Origin: Squalus acanthias
Taxonomy: Eukaryota
Length of the DNA: 64,000 nt
Assembly (NCBI GenBank): GCA_030390025.1
Contig: CM059432.1
Location: forward strand, 107,076,001 to 107,140,000
Reading direction: 5' to 3'
Shown here: piece by piece, positions 1-11,665 of the stretch
How positions within the stretch are numbered: position 1 is the first letter of the stretch
How the letters are laid out: every line of letters begins with the position of its first letter
Notes under the pieces: model-generated
The model's database searches: none
Seen by the model: the letters and a program-made list of their open reading frames with translations, nothing else
Told to the model about the DNA's origin: nothing
Made by a program: the position numbers and the translations under genes

Positions 1-505
1 CGTGAACAATGGCAGGATGATATTCGGCAACTCGGCTGGCCGCTTGGGGAGCGCTAATTAAAGGGAATGGTTTTCAGGTAGGCCAACCTTTATTATTTGC
101 ACCAGTCTGGTGCCTGCTTAAAGTTTTTGATGTTTCATTGCTGCAAGATGTCCAAGCCCTCCACTTTGAGAGAGTGTTTGGGGCTGTAATGGCAGTCGCG
201 CAGGTCGCCTTGCAACGCAGAACTGCCGACAAGTAGGTTGTGCACCATCATTGGCCCTTCCCTTTAAGTGAGGAAAGCAGCCTCTGATGCTGTTAGCGAT
301 GCGCTCCAAATTATTCAGCGCTCTGCCGCTACCGCCCCGCTCTCGGACTTTAGCACCCTAAGAGAAGTGGTTAGCGCTTGATTTAGTGCTCCACTTCCCT
401 CTTGGAGCACTAAAGCTGAATTTCCCGGCAGGATAGAATCATTAGCGCCTGGTGCTACTTTTTCTACTTTTCAAAAGTTAGCACCCCGGTTGGAATTTCT
501 AGCCC
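1..505. mobile_element. End of a PIF/Harbinger-type DNA element (runs off the window start)
   Basis: Ends in GGAATTTCTAGCCC (492-505), resembling other Harbinger-type termini here. Has repeated TTAGCGC/TTAGCAC subterminal motifs like those at 33760-33974. Confidence 0.55.
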
Positions 506-2600
506 TAGATTACACCTTGGCTAACTTTAATGGGATGAGACAGAGAGTGACAACAGCAAACTGGTCAAAAGTGTTATAATAGGGTAAAACCACAGATGAA
601 TAGTGGGAGGTGTTCATAAAAAAATTAGCTTCATACAGGAGCAGTAAATACCCCTTAGGGGCAAGATCTCGAATTACCAAATAAAACAGCCATGGTCGAC
701 AAAAGAGGTGAGAGATAAAATAAAACTAAAGGAAAATGCAAATAAAAATGCAAAGAATAGTATAGATCCAGGAGACTGGGAGAGATATAAAGAACAGCAA
801 AGGAAGACAAAAAAGATAGTAAGAGCTGCAAAAAGGGTATACGAAAAGAAACTTGCGAGGGATATCTAGATTAAAAAGTGTATACAATTATATTAGAAGA
901 AAAAGGGTAGTCAAAGGTAATGTTAGCCCTTTAAAAACAGATGTGTATAAAATATTGCAAATATAAATAAGTAAATGGCAGACTTGTTGAAAAATTACCA
1001 GTAAAGATCAGGGCTTCACAGTAGAGGAAGAGGATAATATATCTGACATTCCAGGGAAACTAATGATGAATCAAGGACTGGAACTCACAAAAGTTAGTGT
1101 ATGCAAGAAGACAGTATTAGAAAAAATAATGGCACTAAAGACTGACAAATCCCCAGGACCCAATGGTTCCCAGCCCAGGGTTTTAAAGGAAGTAGGTGAG
1201 GAAATTGCAGATGCTTCAGCCATAATCTCTTAATTCAGGAATTGTGCCTTTAGATTGGAAAATCATAAATGTAACTCCATTATTTAAGAAAGGTGACAGA
1301 GAGAGAAACCATGAAATTATAGACCTGTTAGTCTAACATCTGTTGCGGGGAAGTTATTGGAATCTATAATTAAGGACAGAGTGACTGAGCACTTGAGCTG
1401 ATTTGAGAGAACCAACATGGTTTTGTAAAGGGTAGGTCTTGTCTAACTGAATTTTTTGAGGGAGTAACTAAAGTAGTAGACAGGGGAATGTTTATGGATG
1501 TAGTTTATAAGGACTTTCAGAAGGCATTCAATAAGGTTCCACATAAGAGATTATTACCTAAAATGAAAGCTCCTGGAATTGAACATAAATTATTGACCCG
1601 GTTAGGAGACTGGTTAGGCAGTAAAAGACAGAGAGTAGCGATAATGGGTGTGTACTCGAATTGGAAGGAAGTGACTAGCAGTGTCCGACCAGGCTCTGTG
1701 TTGGGGCCTCAACTATTCACTATATTTATTAATGACTTAGATAACATAATAGAGAGACATATATCCGAGTTTGCCGATGACACAAAGACTGGAGGTATAG
1801 TAAGTAGCGTAGATGGGAGCATAAAATTACAAAGAGACATTGATAGATTAAGTGAGTGGGCAAACTGTGGCAGATGGATTTCAATGCAGGCAAATGTGAG
1901 GTCATCCATTTTGGACTGAGTATTTTTAATGGTGAAAAGCTAGGAACAGTGGAGGTCCAAAGAGATTTAGTGGTCAACATACACAGATATAATAGTCAGT
2001 TACAAAAACTAATCAAAAAGGCTAATGGAATGTTAGCCTTTATAACTAGAAGGTTAGAATGTAAAGGAGAGGGAGTTCTGCTACAGCTATACAAAGCCCT
2101 GGTTAGGCCACAATGGAGTACTGTGCATAGTTCTGGGGACCGCACCTTCGAAAGGATATAATGGCCTTGGTAGGAGTGCAGTGCAGTTTCACCAGAATGT
2201 TACCAGGGCTCCATGGGTTAAATTATGAGGAGAGATTACATAAACTAGGCTTGTATTCCCTGGAATATAAAAGTTTAAGTGGAGACTTGATTGAGGTTTT
2301 TAGGATTTTGAAAGTCATTGATAGGGTAGATAGTTAGAGAGAAACTCTCTCCACTGGTGGGGGTGTCTAGGACAAGGGGGCCTGACCTTAAAATCATAGC
2401 CAGGCCATTCAGGAGAGAAGTTAGGAAACACTTCTTCACGCAGTGTGGTAGAAGTGTGGGACTTAACACCACAAAAAGCAGTAGACGCTAGCTCAATTAA
2501 TAATTTAAATCTGAGATCGATAGATTTTTGCTAGCCAAGGGTATGAAGGGATTTGGAGCCAAATCAGGTGGATGCAGGGATATTTAGGATACAGATCATC
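506..2600 (+). mobile_element. CR1 LINE, degraded ORF2 (RT) through to the 3' end
   Basis: ORF pieces contain DFQKAFNKVPH, GSVLGPQLF, FADDTK, KANGMLAFI, with many stops and frameshifts. Same family as 44130-47432. Confidence 0.93.
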
Positions 2601-3351
2601 AATGTCTCTGCTTGGTTTTATTGCTGTAAATTCAATAGAACTGTTCAGTCTGAAGACAGATCTATGAAACCGTTATGAGCGCTTTGGTTAATTTTTAATC
2701 AAGGATTTTTTAGTTTACTCACAGTGTGAAGTCTTGATGCTGTTCAAGGAATTTTGAGTCCAGGGCTGAGATATCTTCTGATGAATTTCAAGAACTCCTT
2801 TGCTAAACAGACATTTTCAATAGGTCTACAGAGATTCTGATGAATTTCAAAAGCTAAGTTTTATACAAACTTTCTCCTCACTTGCCTGCAGGTTTTCATC
2901 ATCTGCACTTGACCTGTTCGTGAAACCCACTTAATTCTGGGTTGCTACAGTTTTCATTATGAAGTCATGTGACATAATTTGGTCAGTCATAATGTGGAGG
3001 TGTGATGTGGCCCCTGGGCTGAGAGTCCATATAAAGCCTGCACGCTGTTAAGGCTGCATGGGATTGAAGCAAGGCCTGAGATATGGAATAGATTGACCAA
3101 GCAAAGATTGGGAGCCCAGCAGCCATAATAGGAAGTGCAGCTGTTTGTTATCAAGATATACACCACAAGTTTTCTATGTACTTGTGCAAAAATATAAAAA
3201 AATCTGGGATTAAAGAGCATACATTCCTGCTAAAAGGCAGATGTTTATGTAATTCAAAATCAATTTTTAACTACTTGAGGAAAAATAGGGTTTATTCACT
3301 CTCATGGTATAGTCTAAATTATAATTGCTGGCTTAAAAAGCTACTGCACTA

Positions 3352-3606
3352 GGGGGTTTTGATGGCGATTCCCCACCCTCCCCGAATAAATCAGCATGAG
3401 GCGTATCACCATTATGATGTCTAGAATCGTAGAAATTGCCAGCATTCGGCCCATTGTGACAGTATTGACTCTTCCACAGCAACTGTCTAATCTACCCCAT
3501 TTCCAACCCTTCCCCCCCCGCCCACATTTGTGGAGCAATGGCGTAAATGCTGAAGTTGAAGTTACGTTGGTTGATTGGGAGAAACCCCCCAGGAAAATTC
3601 TACCCC
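3352..3606. mobile_element. Possible degraded Harbinger-type MITE
   Basis: Right end GAAAATTCTACCCC resembles the other MITE termini; the left end matches only weakly. Confidence 0.3.
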
Positions 3607-3683
3607 TCTATGTTCTAAATTACCATCTATGTGATTAAAAAAACTTCTCCCTTCATTCTTCTTGTGATAACCCTTGGTCAGTG

Positions 3684-4057
3684 AACATAGAAACAGGAGT
3701 AGGTCATTCAGCCCCTCGAGCCTGTTCTTCCATTCAATTAGTCTTTCCTCCATATCCCATTAATCCCTTACCTAACAAAAATCTAGCGTTCATCAAAGAT
3801 TCATTAAAATCAGTCTTGAAAGCTCCAATTGTCCCAGCATCAACAACCTTTGGGGAAAAAGTTCCAGATTTCTACTACCCTTTGTTTAAAGAAGTGCTTC
3901 CTGATGTCACTCCTGAATGACCTGGCTCTAATGTTCAGATTATGCCCCCATGCTGCAGATTCCCCCACCAGAAGAAACAATTTTTCTGTATTTATCCTAT
4001 TGAATGCTTTTAAATTTTTAAACACCTTGATTAGATCACTCCTCAATCTTCTAAACA
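3684..4057 (-). mobile_element. CR1 LINE 3' end fragment
   Basis: ORF 3840-4058 (RRLRSDLIKVFK...HFFKQRVVEIWN) plus the CR1 3' tail (gaacatagaaacaggagtagg on +). Confidence 0.9.
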
Positions 4058-4062
4058 CAAAT

Positions 4063-4148
4063 CAGAAGTCGCACAACACCAGGTTATAGTCCAACAGATT
4101 TATTTAATTTTACAAGCTTTCGGAGCTGTTCGCTCCTTCTTCAGGTAA
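4063..4148 (-). mobile_element. Penelope-like pLTR fragment with a minimal type I hammerhead ribozyme core
   Basis: Minus strand reads UUAC-CUGAAGA-A-GGAGC(GAACA)GCUCC-GAAA-GCUU-GUAA. Shares agaagtcgcacaacaccaggttatagtccaaca with 15039-15191. Confidence 0.7.
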
Positions 4149-4274
4149 GGTAGCTGTGAGAGAATCTCATAGAATTCACAATATAAACTCAGAAAAAATC
4201 TATTCAAATCTTTCCCTACATCAAAGACACACAAGACAATACCAGGCAAATGTATGCAACCTGTACTCATCATT

Positions 4275-5284
4275 CAAGGAGGCTTTGAGGGTGTCCTTGA
4301 AGCGTTTCCTCTGCCCACTTGGGGCTCTCTTGCCGTGTCGGAGCTCCGAGTAGAGCACTTGTTTTGGGAGTCTCGTATCGGGCATGCGGACGATGTGACC
4401 CGTCCATCGGAGCTGATCGAGCGTGGTCAAAGCTTCGATGCTGGGGATGTTGGCCTGAGCGAGAACATTGACGTTGGTGCGCCTATCCTGCCAATGGATT
4501 TGCAGGATCTTGCGGAGGCAGCATTGGTGGTACCTCTCCAGTGCTTTGAGGTGCCTGCTGTACATGGTCCATGTCTCTGAGGCATACAGGAGGGCGGGTA
4601 TTACTACTGCTCTGTAGACCATGAGCTTGGTGCCGGGTTTGAGGTCCTGGTCTTCAAATACTCTCTTCTCAGGCGACCGAAGGCTGCACTGGCACACTGA
4701 AAGCGGTGTTGGACTTCGTCCTTGATGTCTGCCCTTGTTGACAGTAGGCTCCCGAGGTATGGAAAGTGGTCCACGTGTCCAAGGCCTTGTCATGGATTTT
4801 GATAATCGGGGGGCAGCACTGTGTGGTGGGGGCAGGTTGGTAGAGGACCTTTGTCTTACGGATGTTTAGTGTAAGGCCCATGCTCTCGTACGCTTCGGTG
4901 AAGGTGTTAACGATGGTTTGGGCAGAGGAAACGCTTCAAGGGCGCCCTCAAAGCCTCCTTGAAAAAGTGCAATATCCCCACCGACACCTGGGAATCCCTG
5001 GCCCAAGACCGTACAAAGTGGAGGAGAAGCATCCGGGAAGGCGCCGAATACCTCGAGTCTCTTTGTTGGGAGCAAGCGGAAGCCAAGCACAAACAGCGGA
5101 AGGAGCGCACTTCAACCCAAGCACCCCATCCACCCGCCCCTTTAACCACCGTCTGCCCCACCTGTGACAGAGACTGTAGGTCCCGCATTAGACTCATCAG
5201 TCACCTGAGAACTCATTTTTAATGTGGAAGCAAGTCATCTTCGGTTCCGAGGGACTGCCTAAGAAGAAGAAGAAAAAGAAGATT
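4275..5284 (+). mobile_element. RTE-clade LINE 3' fragment with 5' inversion
   Basis: Minus segment encodes RTE RT C-terminus (YRAVVIPALLYASETWT, QLRWTGHIVRMPDTRLPKQVLY). Plus segment encodes the C-terminal CPTC...SHLRTH finger and an (AAG)n tail. TSD ctcatcatt at 4266-4274 and 5285-5293. Confidence 0.9.
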
Positions 5285-5980
5285 CTCATCATTTAACCCT
5301 CTAAGCCCCGGTATCATTCTGGCGAATCTGCGCTGTACTCTCTTCAAGACCAATCTATCCTTGCTGAGGTGCAATGCCCAGAACTGTAAGCAAGACTCCA
5401 GATCGGTATCTTCACCCTTGTTAGCGTTTCAACAACCAGTGAAAGCAACCTTTCAACACTTGCCGTTTCAAAATTTTGAAAACATTCATCAGGTCCCCCC
5501 GAACCTTATTTTCTCCAGTGGAAAAAAGCCCCAGTTTTTTTGACCATTCCTTCATAACTATTATCGCTCACTCCTGGTATTCCTGTTATCTTCATTGTAC
5601 CAATTCCATTGCTCTAATGGGATGCCCTGAACTGTGCATAATACAGCAACTGTGGCCTAACCAATATCTTGTACAAATTCAACATTAATTTCTTGCTTTC
5701 ATATTTAGTGCTCTGATGCACCATAACTGTGGCCTAATTAATGTTTTTCACAAATTTGTCATTACTTCTTTACTCTCTTCATTGTTCCACTCTTACTATT
5801 TAGGGTACTCTACTGTTACTTTCCCAAAATGTACCGTATCGCATGTCTCTGCACTGAACTGTATCTGCCACCTATTGGCCCACTACACTAATCTGTCAAT
5901 GTCCTTTTGCAATTTCCTATCCTTCTTCTCAGTTTGCCTAGTCCCCTAATTTGGTTATCTGCAAACTTTTGTGTCTATTC
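5285..5980 (-). mobile_element. Old, highly degraded CR1 fragments (host of the RTE insertion)
   Basis: Recognisable CR1 RT antisense motifs (gcccagaactgta, ttcccaaaatgtaccgtatcgcatgtctctgcactgaactgtatctgcca). Confidence 0.7.
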
Positions 5981-6000
5981 CCAGAATCACTGCATGGTAA

Positions 6001-8441
6001 GCATAACAATACGGCACAGAAACAGACCATTCGGCCCAATCAGTCCATGCCGGCATTTATGCTCCAAACGAGCCTCCTCCCGTCTTTCCTCATCTAAATT
6101 TTCCAGCATAACCCTCTATTCCCTTTTCGCTTAAATGCTTGTCTAGCCTCCCCTTACATGCATCTACACTATTCGCTTCAACCACTCCCTGTGATAGCGA
6201 GTTCCACATTCTCACCACTCTTTGGGTAAAGAAGTTTCTTCTGAATTCCCTATTGGATTTCTTGGTGACTATCTTATATTGATGGCATCTAGTTATGTTC
6301 TTCCCCACAAGTGGAAACATTCTCTCTGTATCCACTCTATCAAAATTTTTCATATTATTAAAAACCTCTATTAGGTCACCCCTCAGTCTTCTTTTTTCAA
6401 GAGAAAAGAGACCCAGCCTGTTCATCCTTTCCTGATATGTATACCCTCGCATTTCTGGTATCATCCTTGTAAATCTTATCTGCACCCTCTCCAGTGCCTC
6501 TATATCCATTTTATAATATGGCGATCAGAACTGTACGCAGTACTCTAAGTGTGGTCTAACCAAGGTTCGATACAGGTTTAGCATAACTTCCCTACTTTTC
6601 AATTCTATGGCCGGGATCTTACCTGAGGAGGCGCGTTGGGGACGGGAGTGCTGGTTTCCGGGTTCTAGTCCCGCCCCCAGCGATGTCTGACGACCTGACG
6701 TTATTTCCCCTTGATTGGCCTTGTTAAGCCCGTCCTGCGGGCTTGCCGGCCAATTAAGGGAAAGCCGGTGTCAGGTGACGTCAGTGCATGACTCTTCATC
6801 TACCGGTTTTGTTAAAGTGACAGGCACCATAATTTTTTGACAGATGAATTGTCTGTGTTTGCCAGCATTGCACCCAGGCTCACCAATGACTCTCTCCTTA
6901 GGAGAAAACAGATGGCAGCTGCATGTAAGATTGCAGAAGCCATCTGTCAATTCTCCTGATCAGATGAGACTTCATAGAAACATCAAATCTTGTCACCTGC
7001 AGTAACATATAAACAGAATAAAAATATTTCTCATTACATTCTCTCACCTGTCATACTTACCTGTACACCATTGCACCCATCACACTACCTCTGTACACTT
7101 ACACTGTAGCTGACCCACAGCTTACCTCGCTGACCCTGGCAGGGTTCCCCAACATCAGGAAGCCCGCATCAGCAGGCGTAAAATGGTGAAAAGCCTCTTT
7201 ACTGCCTGTTAACAGGCAGTTAATTGGCTCTAATCCCCTTCCCGCCGCTAGGAGGCGGGTCCCTGCGCGAGTCAGGGACCTGCCTCCCGGGAAGATGGTT
7301 CGGAGGTGGGTTGGGAGCAGGGTTGGGACCCGCTCCCAATTTTTCCCATTTTCCCAGCAGTCCCGCCTCCAAACCTGCCTCCTCAGGGCTGGTAAAATCC
7401 AGCCCTATACCTCTAGAAATAAACCCTAGTGCTTGGTTTGCTTTTTTTATGGCCTTGCTAACCTGTGTTGCAACTTTTAGTGATTTGTGTATTTGTACTC
7501 CGAGATCCCTTTGTTCCTCTACCCCACCTAGACTCGCACCCTCCAAGTGTGAAGTGAGCTCCCTATTCTTCCTACCAAAATGTAATACCTCATATTTATC
7601 TGTGTTGAACTTTATTTGCCAATTATATGCCCATTCTGCAAGTTTATTAATGTCCTCCTGTAATTTGTTGCAGTCCTCCTCAGTATTGACTATCCCCCCA
7701 ATTTGGTGTCAACCACAAATTTAGAAATTGTGTTTTTGATTCCAAAGTCTAAATTGTTAATACAAATTGTGAACAGTGGTCCCAGCACTGATCCTTGTGG
7801 AACACCACTACACACCTTCTGCCACTGTGAATAGCTACCCTTTACTCCTACTCTCTGCTTTCTGTTCTGAAGCCAGCCAGCAATCCATTCTGCTACTTGT
7901 CCCCTGACTCTGCATTCTCTGACCTTGTTCATCAGTCTATTATGGGGTACCTTATCAAAGGCCTTTTGAAAATCCAGATAAATTACATCTACTGCATTAC
8001 CATTGTCTACTCTCTCTGTTACCTCTTCAAAGAAATTCAATGAGGTTGGTCAAGCAAGATTTTCCCTTTTGAAATCCATGCTGACTATTCATTATTATAT
8101 TTTTGGTTGTAAATGTTCTTCTATTTTCTCCTCTAGTAGGGATTCCATTAATTTTCCTACCACCGATGTTAAACTGACTGGTCTATAATTCCCTGAAAAT
8201 ATTCTATCCCCCTTCTTAAATATCAGTATTACGTTAGCTATCCGCCAGTCCTCTGGCACTACACCTTTCTCTAACGAATTATTAAATATGCGTAGTAATG
8301 CCTCTGCTATCTCTTCCCTAGATTCTTTTAAAGATGCGTGGATGCAATCCATTCAGACCAGGGGTTTTATCCTCTTTGAGTTTGATTAGTTTATTTAATA
8401 TATCCCCTTTTTTATTTTAAATGCACTTATCTCATTACTAA
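6001..8441 (-). mobile_element. CR1 LINE, 3' half (RT and tail)
   Basis: ORFs 6090-6509, 7690-8040, 8095-8352 with NYRPVSLTS, YLDFQKAFDKVPH, GVPQGSVLGP. Interrupted by the MITE at 6609-7405. Probably the same element as 11666-14515. Confidence 0.93.
6609..7405. mobile_element. Non-autonomous Harbinger-type element (MITE) inserted in CR1
   Basis: Imperfect TIRs GGCCGGGATCTTACC / GGTAAAATCCAGCCC and 3-bp TSD TAT (6606-6608, 7406-7408). CR1 sequence rejoins across it. Confidence 0.8.
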
Positions 8442-8533
8442 TCGCGATCCTGAGCAACCACATCTGCAGTAAGTGTCTGCAACTCGAGGAACCTTGGCTC
8501 AGAATTGTTGAGCTGGAGTATGAGCTGCAGACA

Positions 8534-9321
8534 TTGCGATGCATCAGGGAGGGGAAGAGTTACCTGGACACTTTGTTCCAGGAGGCAGTCACACCCTTTA
8601 GGTTAAGTAGTACTTTAGAGTTCATCAGTGGTCAGGGACAGGAGGGTATGACTGCGAGTCAGGGAGGTATGGGGACCCAGGATGTAGTGATGGAGGAGCC
8701 TCAGCCCTGGACCTTGGCCAACAGCTACGAGGTACTTTCTACCTGTATGGATGAGGAAAGGGACTGCAGGGAGGATGGGCAAACTGACCTGGGCACTGTG
8801 GTACAGTGGGCCATCCAAGTGGGGGGAGAAGGAAGGAATGTGGTAGTAGTAGGGGACAGTATAGTCAGGGGGATAGATACTGTTCTCTGCAGCCGCGAAA
8901 GAGAGTCCCGAAGGCTGTGTTGCCTGCCCGGTGCCAGGGTTAAGGATATCTACTTGTGGCTGGAGAAGAACTTGGAGTGGGAGGGGGAGGATCCAGTTGT
9001 CGTGGTCCATGTAGGAACCAACAACATAGGTAGAACTAAGAATGAGGTTCTGCTGATGGAGTTTGAGGAGCTAGGGTCTAAATTAATAAGCAGGATTACT
9101 ACCTGAGCCACGTGCTAATTGACATAGGGTCAAGCAGATCAGAGAGTTAAATGCGTGGCTCAAAGAGTGGTGTGGGAAAAAAGGGTTTCAATTCATGGGG
9201 CACTGGCACCAGTACTGGGGAAAGAGGGAGCTGTTCTGTCGGGACGGGCTCCACTAAAACTGGGCTGGGACCAGCATCCTGGCAAATTGAATAACTAGGG
9301 CTGTAGATAGGGCTTTAAACT
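8534..9321 (+). pseudogene. CR1 ORF1, SGNH/GDSL esterase-like, frameshifted
   Basis: VVVVGDSIVR, LPGARVKD, VVVHVGTNN in ORF 8534-9106; DGLH encoded near 9243 in another frame. Confidence 0.88.
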
Positions 9322-9403
9322 AAAAAGGTGGGGGGAGGGGTCAGGTGAGAGGAAATTTAGAAATCTAAAGAGAAAGGCCAAGGCAATAGAGCAGTGTAAT
9401 GAT

Positions 9404-11665
9404 TTGGGTAAAAATAAGCAGAGTGTGACAGGAAGGGACAGAAAGTTTAATGGTAGCAGTGCAGCAGAGAATAAGGTCAAAGCAGGGAATAATGTTAAAA
9501 AATTTAAATTAAAGGCTCTTTACCTGAATGCACGAAGCATTCGTAACAAGATAGACAAACTAGTGGCACAAATAGAGATAAATGGGTTTGATCTAATAGC
9601 CATTACAGAGACATGGTTGCAAGGTGGCCAAGGTTGGGAACTAAATGTTCCAGGGTACTTGATGTATCGAAAAGACAGGCAGAATGGAAAAGGAGGGGGA
9701 GTAGCCCTGATAATAAAGGATGGCATAAGGACAGTAGCAAGAAAGGATCTCGGCTCGGAAGATCAGGAAGTAGAATCAGTATGGGTGGAGATAAGGAATA
9801 ACAAGGGGTAGAAAATGCTCGTAGGAGTAGAATATAGACCCCCTAACAGTAGCTATACCGTTGGACAGAATATTAATCAAGAAATAGTAGGAGCTTGCAA
9901 CAAAGGTAATGCAATCATCTTGGGGGACTTTAATCTTCATATAGACTGGACAAATCAAATTGGCAAAGGTAGTCTGGAGGACGAGTTCATGGAATGCATT
10001 CGGGACAGTTTCCTAGAACAATATGTCATGAAGCCAACCAGGAAACAGGTTATTTTCGATCTTGTATTGTGTAATGAGACAGGGTTAATTAGCAATCTCA
10101 TAGTAAAGGATCCTCTGGGGCAGAGTGATCATAATTTTACATTAATGTTGAGAGTGACTTGCCTAAGTCAGAAACTAGAGTCTTAAACTTAAATAAAGCT
10201 AATTACATGGGTATGAGGGGCAAGTTGGCTAAGGTAGATTGGAAAAACAGATTAAAAGGTATGGTGATAGATAAGCAGTGGATAGCATTTAAAGAAATAT
10301 TTCATAATTCTCAACAAAAATACATTCCATTGAGAAACAAAAACTCCATGGGAAAAGTGATCCAACCATGGCTAACTAAAGAAGTTAAGGAAAGCATTAG
10401 ATTGAAAGAAGAAGCTTATAATGGTGCAAAGAATAATAGTAAACCTGAGGATTGGGAGAGTTTCAGAAACCAGCAAAGGTTGACCAAAAAATTGATTAAA
10501 AGGGAAAAATTAGAATATGAGAGAAAACTAGCAAGAAATATAAAAGCAGATTGTAAGAGTTTCTACAAGTATGTAAAAAGGAAGAGAGTAGCAAAAGTAA
10601 ACATTGGTCCCTTAGAGGCTGAGACAGGAGAAATTATTATGGGGAATAAGGAAATGGCAGAAACGTTAAACAGATATTTTGTGTCTGTCTTCACAGTAGA
10701 AGACACAAAAAGCATACCAAAAATGGTGGGGAACAAAGGGTCTAATGAGAGTGAGGAACTTAACGTAATTAATATAAGTAGTGAAAAAGTATTAGAGAAA
10801 CTAATGGGACTAAAAACCGACAAATCCCCTGGCCCTGACGGCCTACATCCTAGGGTTCTAAAAGAAGTGGCTGATGAGATAGTGGATGCATTGGTTTTGA
10901 TCTTCCAAAATTCCCTAGATTGTGGAGAAGTCCCAGCGGATTGGAAGGTCGCAAATGTAACACCGCTATTCAAGAAAGGAGGGAGAGAAAAAACAGGGAA
11001 CTACAGGCCAGTTAGCCTGACATCAGTCATCGGGAAAATGCTGGAATCCATTGTTAAGGAAGTGGTATCAAGTCACTTAGAAAATCATAACATGATTAGG
11101 CAGAGTCAACATGGTTTTATGAAAGGGAAATCATGTTTGACAAATTTATTAGAGTTTTTTGAGGCTGTAACTAGCAGGGTAGATAAAGGGGAACCAGTGG
11201 ATGTAGTATATTTGGATTTCCAAAAAGCATTCGATAAGGTGCCACATAAATGATTATTACACAAGATTAGTGCTCATGGGGTTGGGGGTAATATAGTAGC
11301 ATGGATAGAGGATTGGTTAACGGACAGAAAACAGAGAGTAGGGATAAATGGATCTTTTTCAGGTTGGCAGGCTGTAACTAGTGGGGTGCTGCAAGGATCA
11401 GTGTTGGGGCCTCAGCTATTTACAATCTCTATTAATGACCTAGATGAAGGGACCAAGTGTAATGTATCCAAGTTTGCTGATGATACAAAGCTAGGTGGGA
11501 CAGTAAGCTGTGAGGAGAACACAAAGAGTCTGCAAAGGGATATAGATAGACTAAGTGAGTGGGCAGTAAGGTGGCAGATGAAGTATAATGTAAGAAAATG
11601 TGAGGTTATTCACTTCGGTAGGAAGAATAGAAAAACAGAATATTTTTTAAATGGTGAGAAACTTT
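9404..11665 (+). pseudogene. CR1 ORF2 (endonuclease + reverse transcriptase), disrupted
   Basis: Consecutive ORFs 9404-9811, 9815-10186, 10159-11253, 11386-11697 separated by stops and frameshifts. Confidence 0.93.

Larger units (their letters stand above)
8443..11665 (+). mobile_element. CR1 LINE with ORF1 and ORF2, lacking its 3' end
   Basis: ORF1 esterase followed by APE endonuclease (YLNARSIRNK, IAITETWL, ILGDFN, SDHN) and RT (to YFLNGEKL), where it stops abruptly. Confidence 0.95.
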
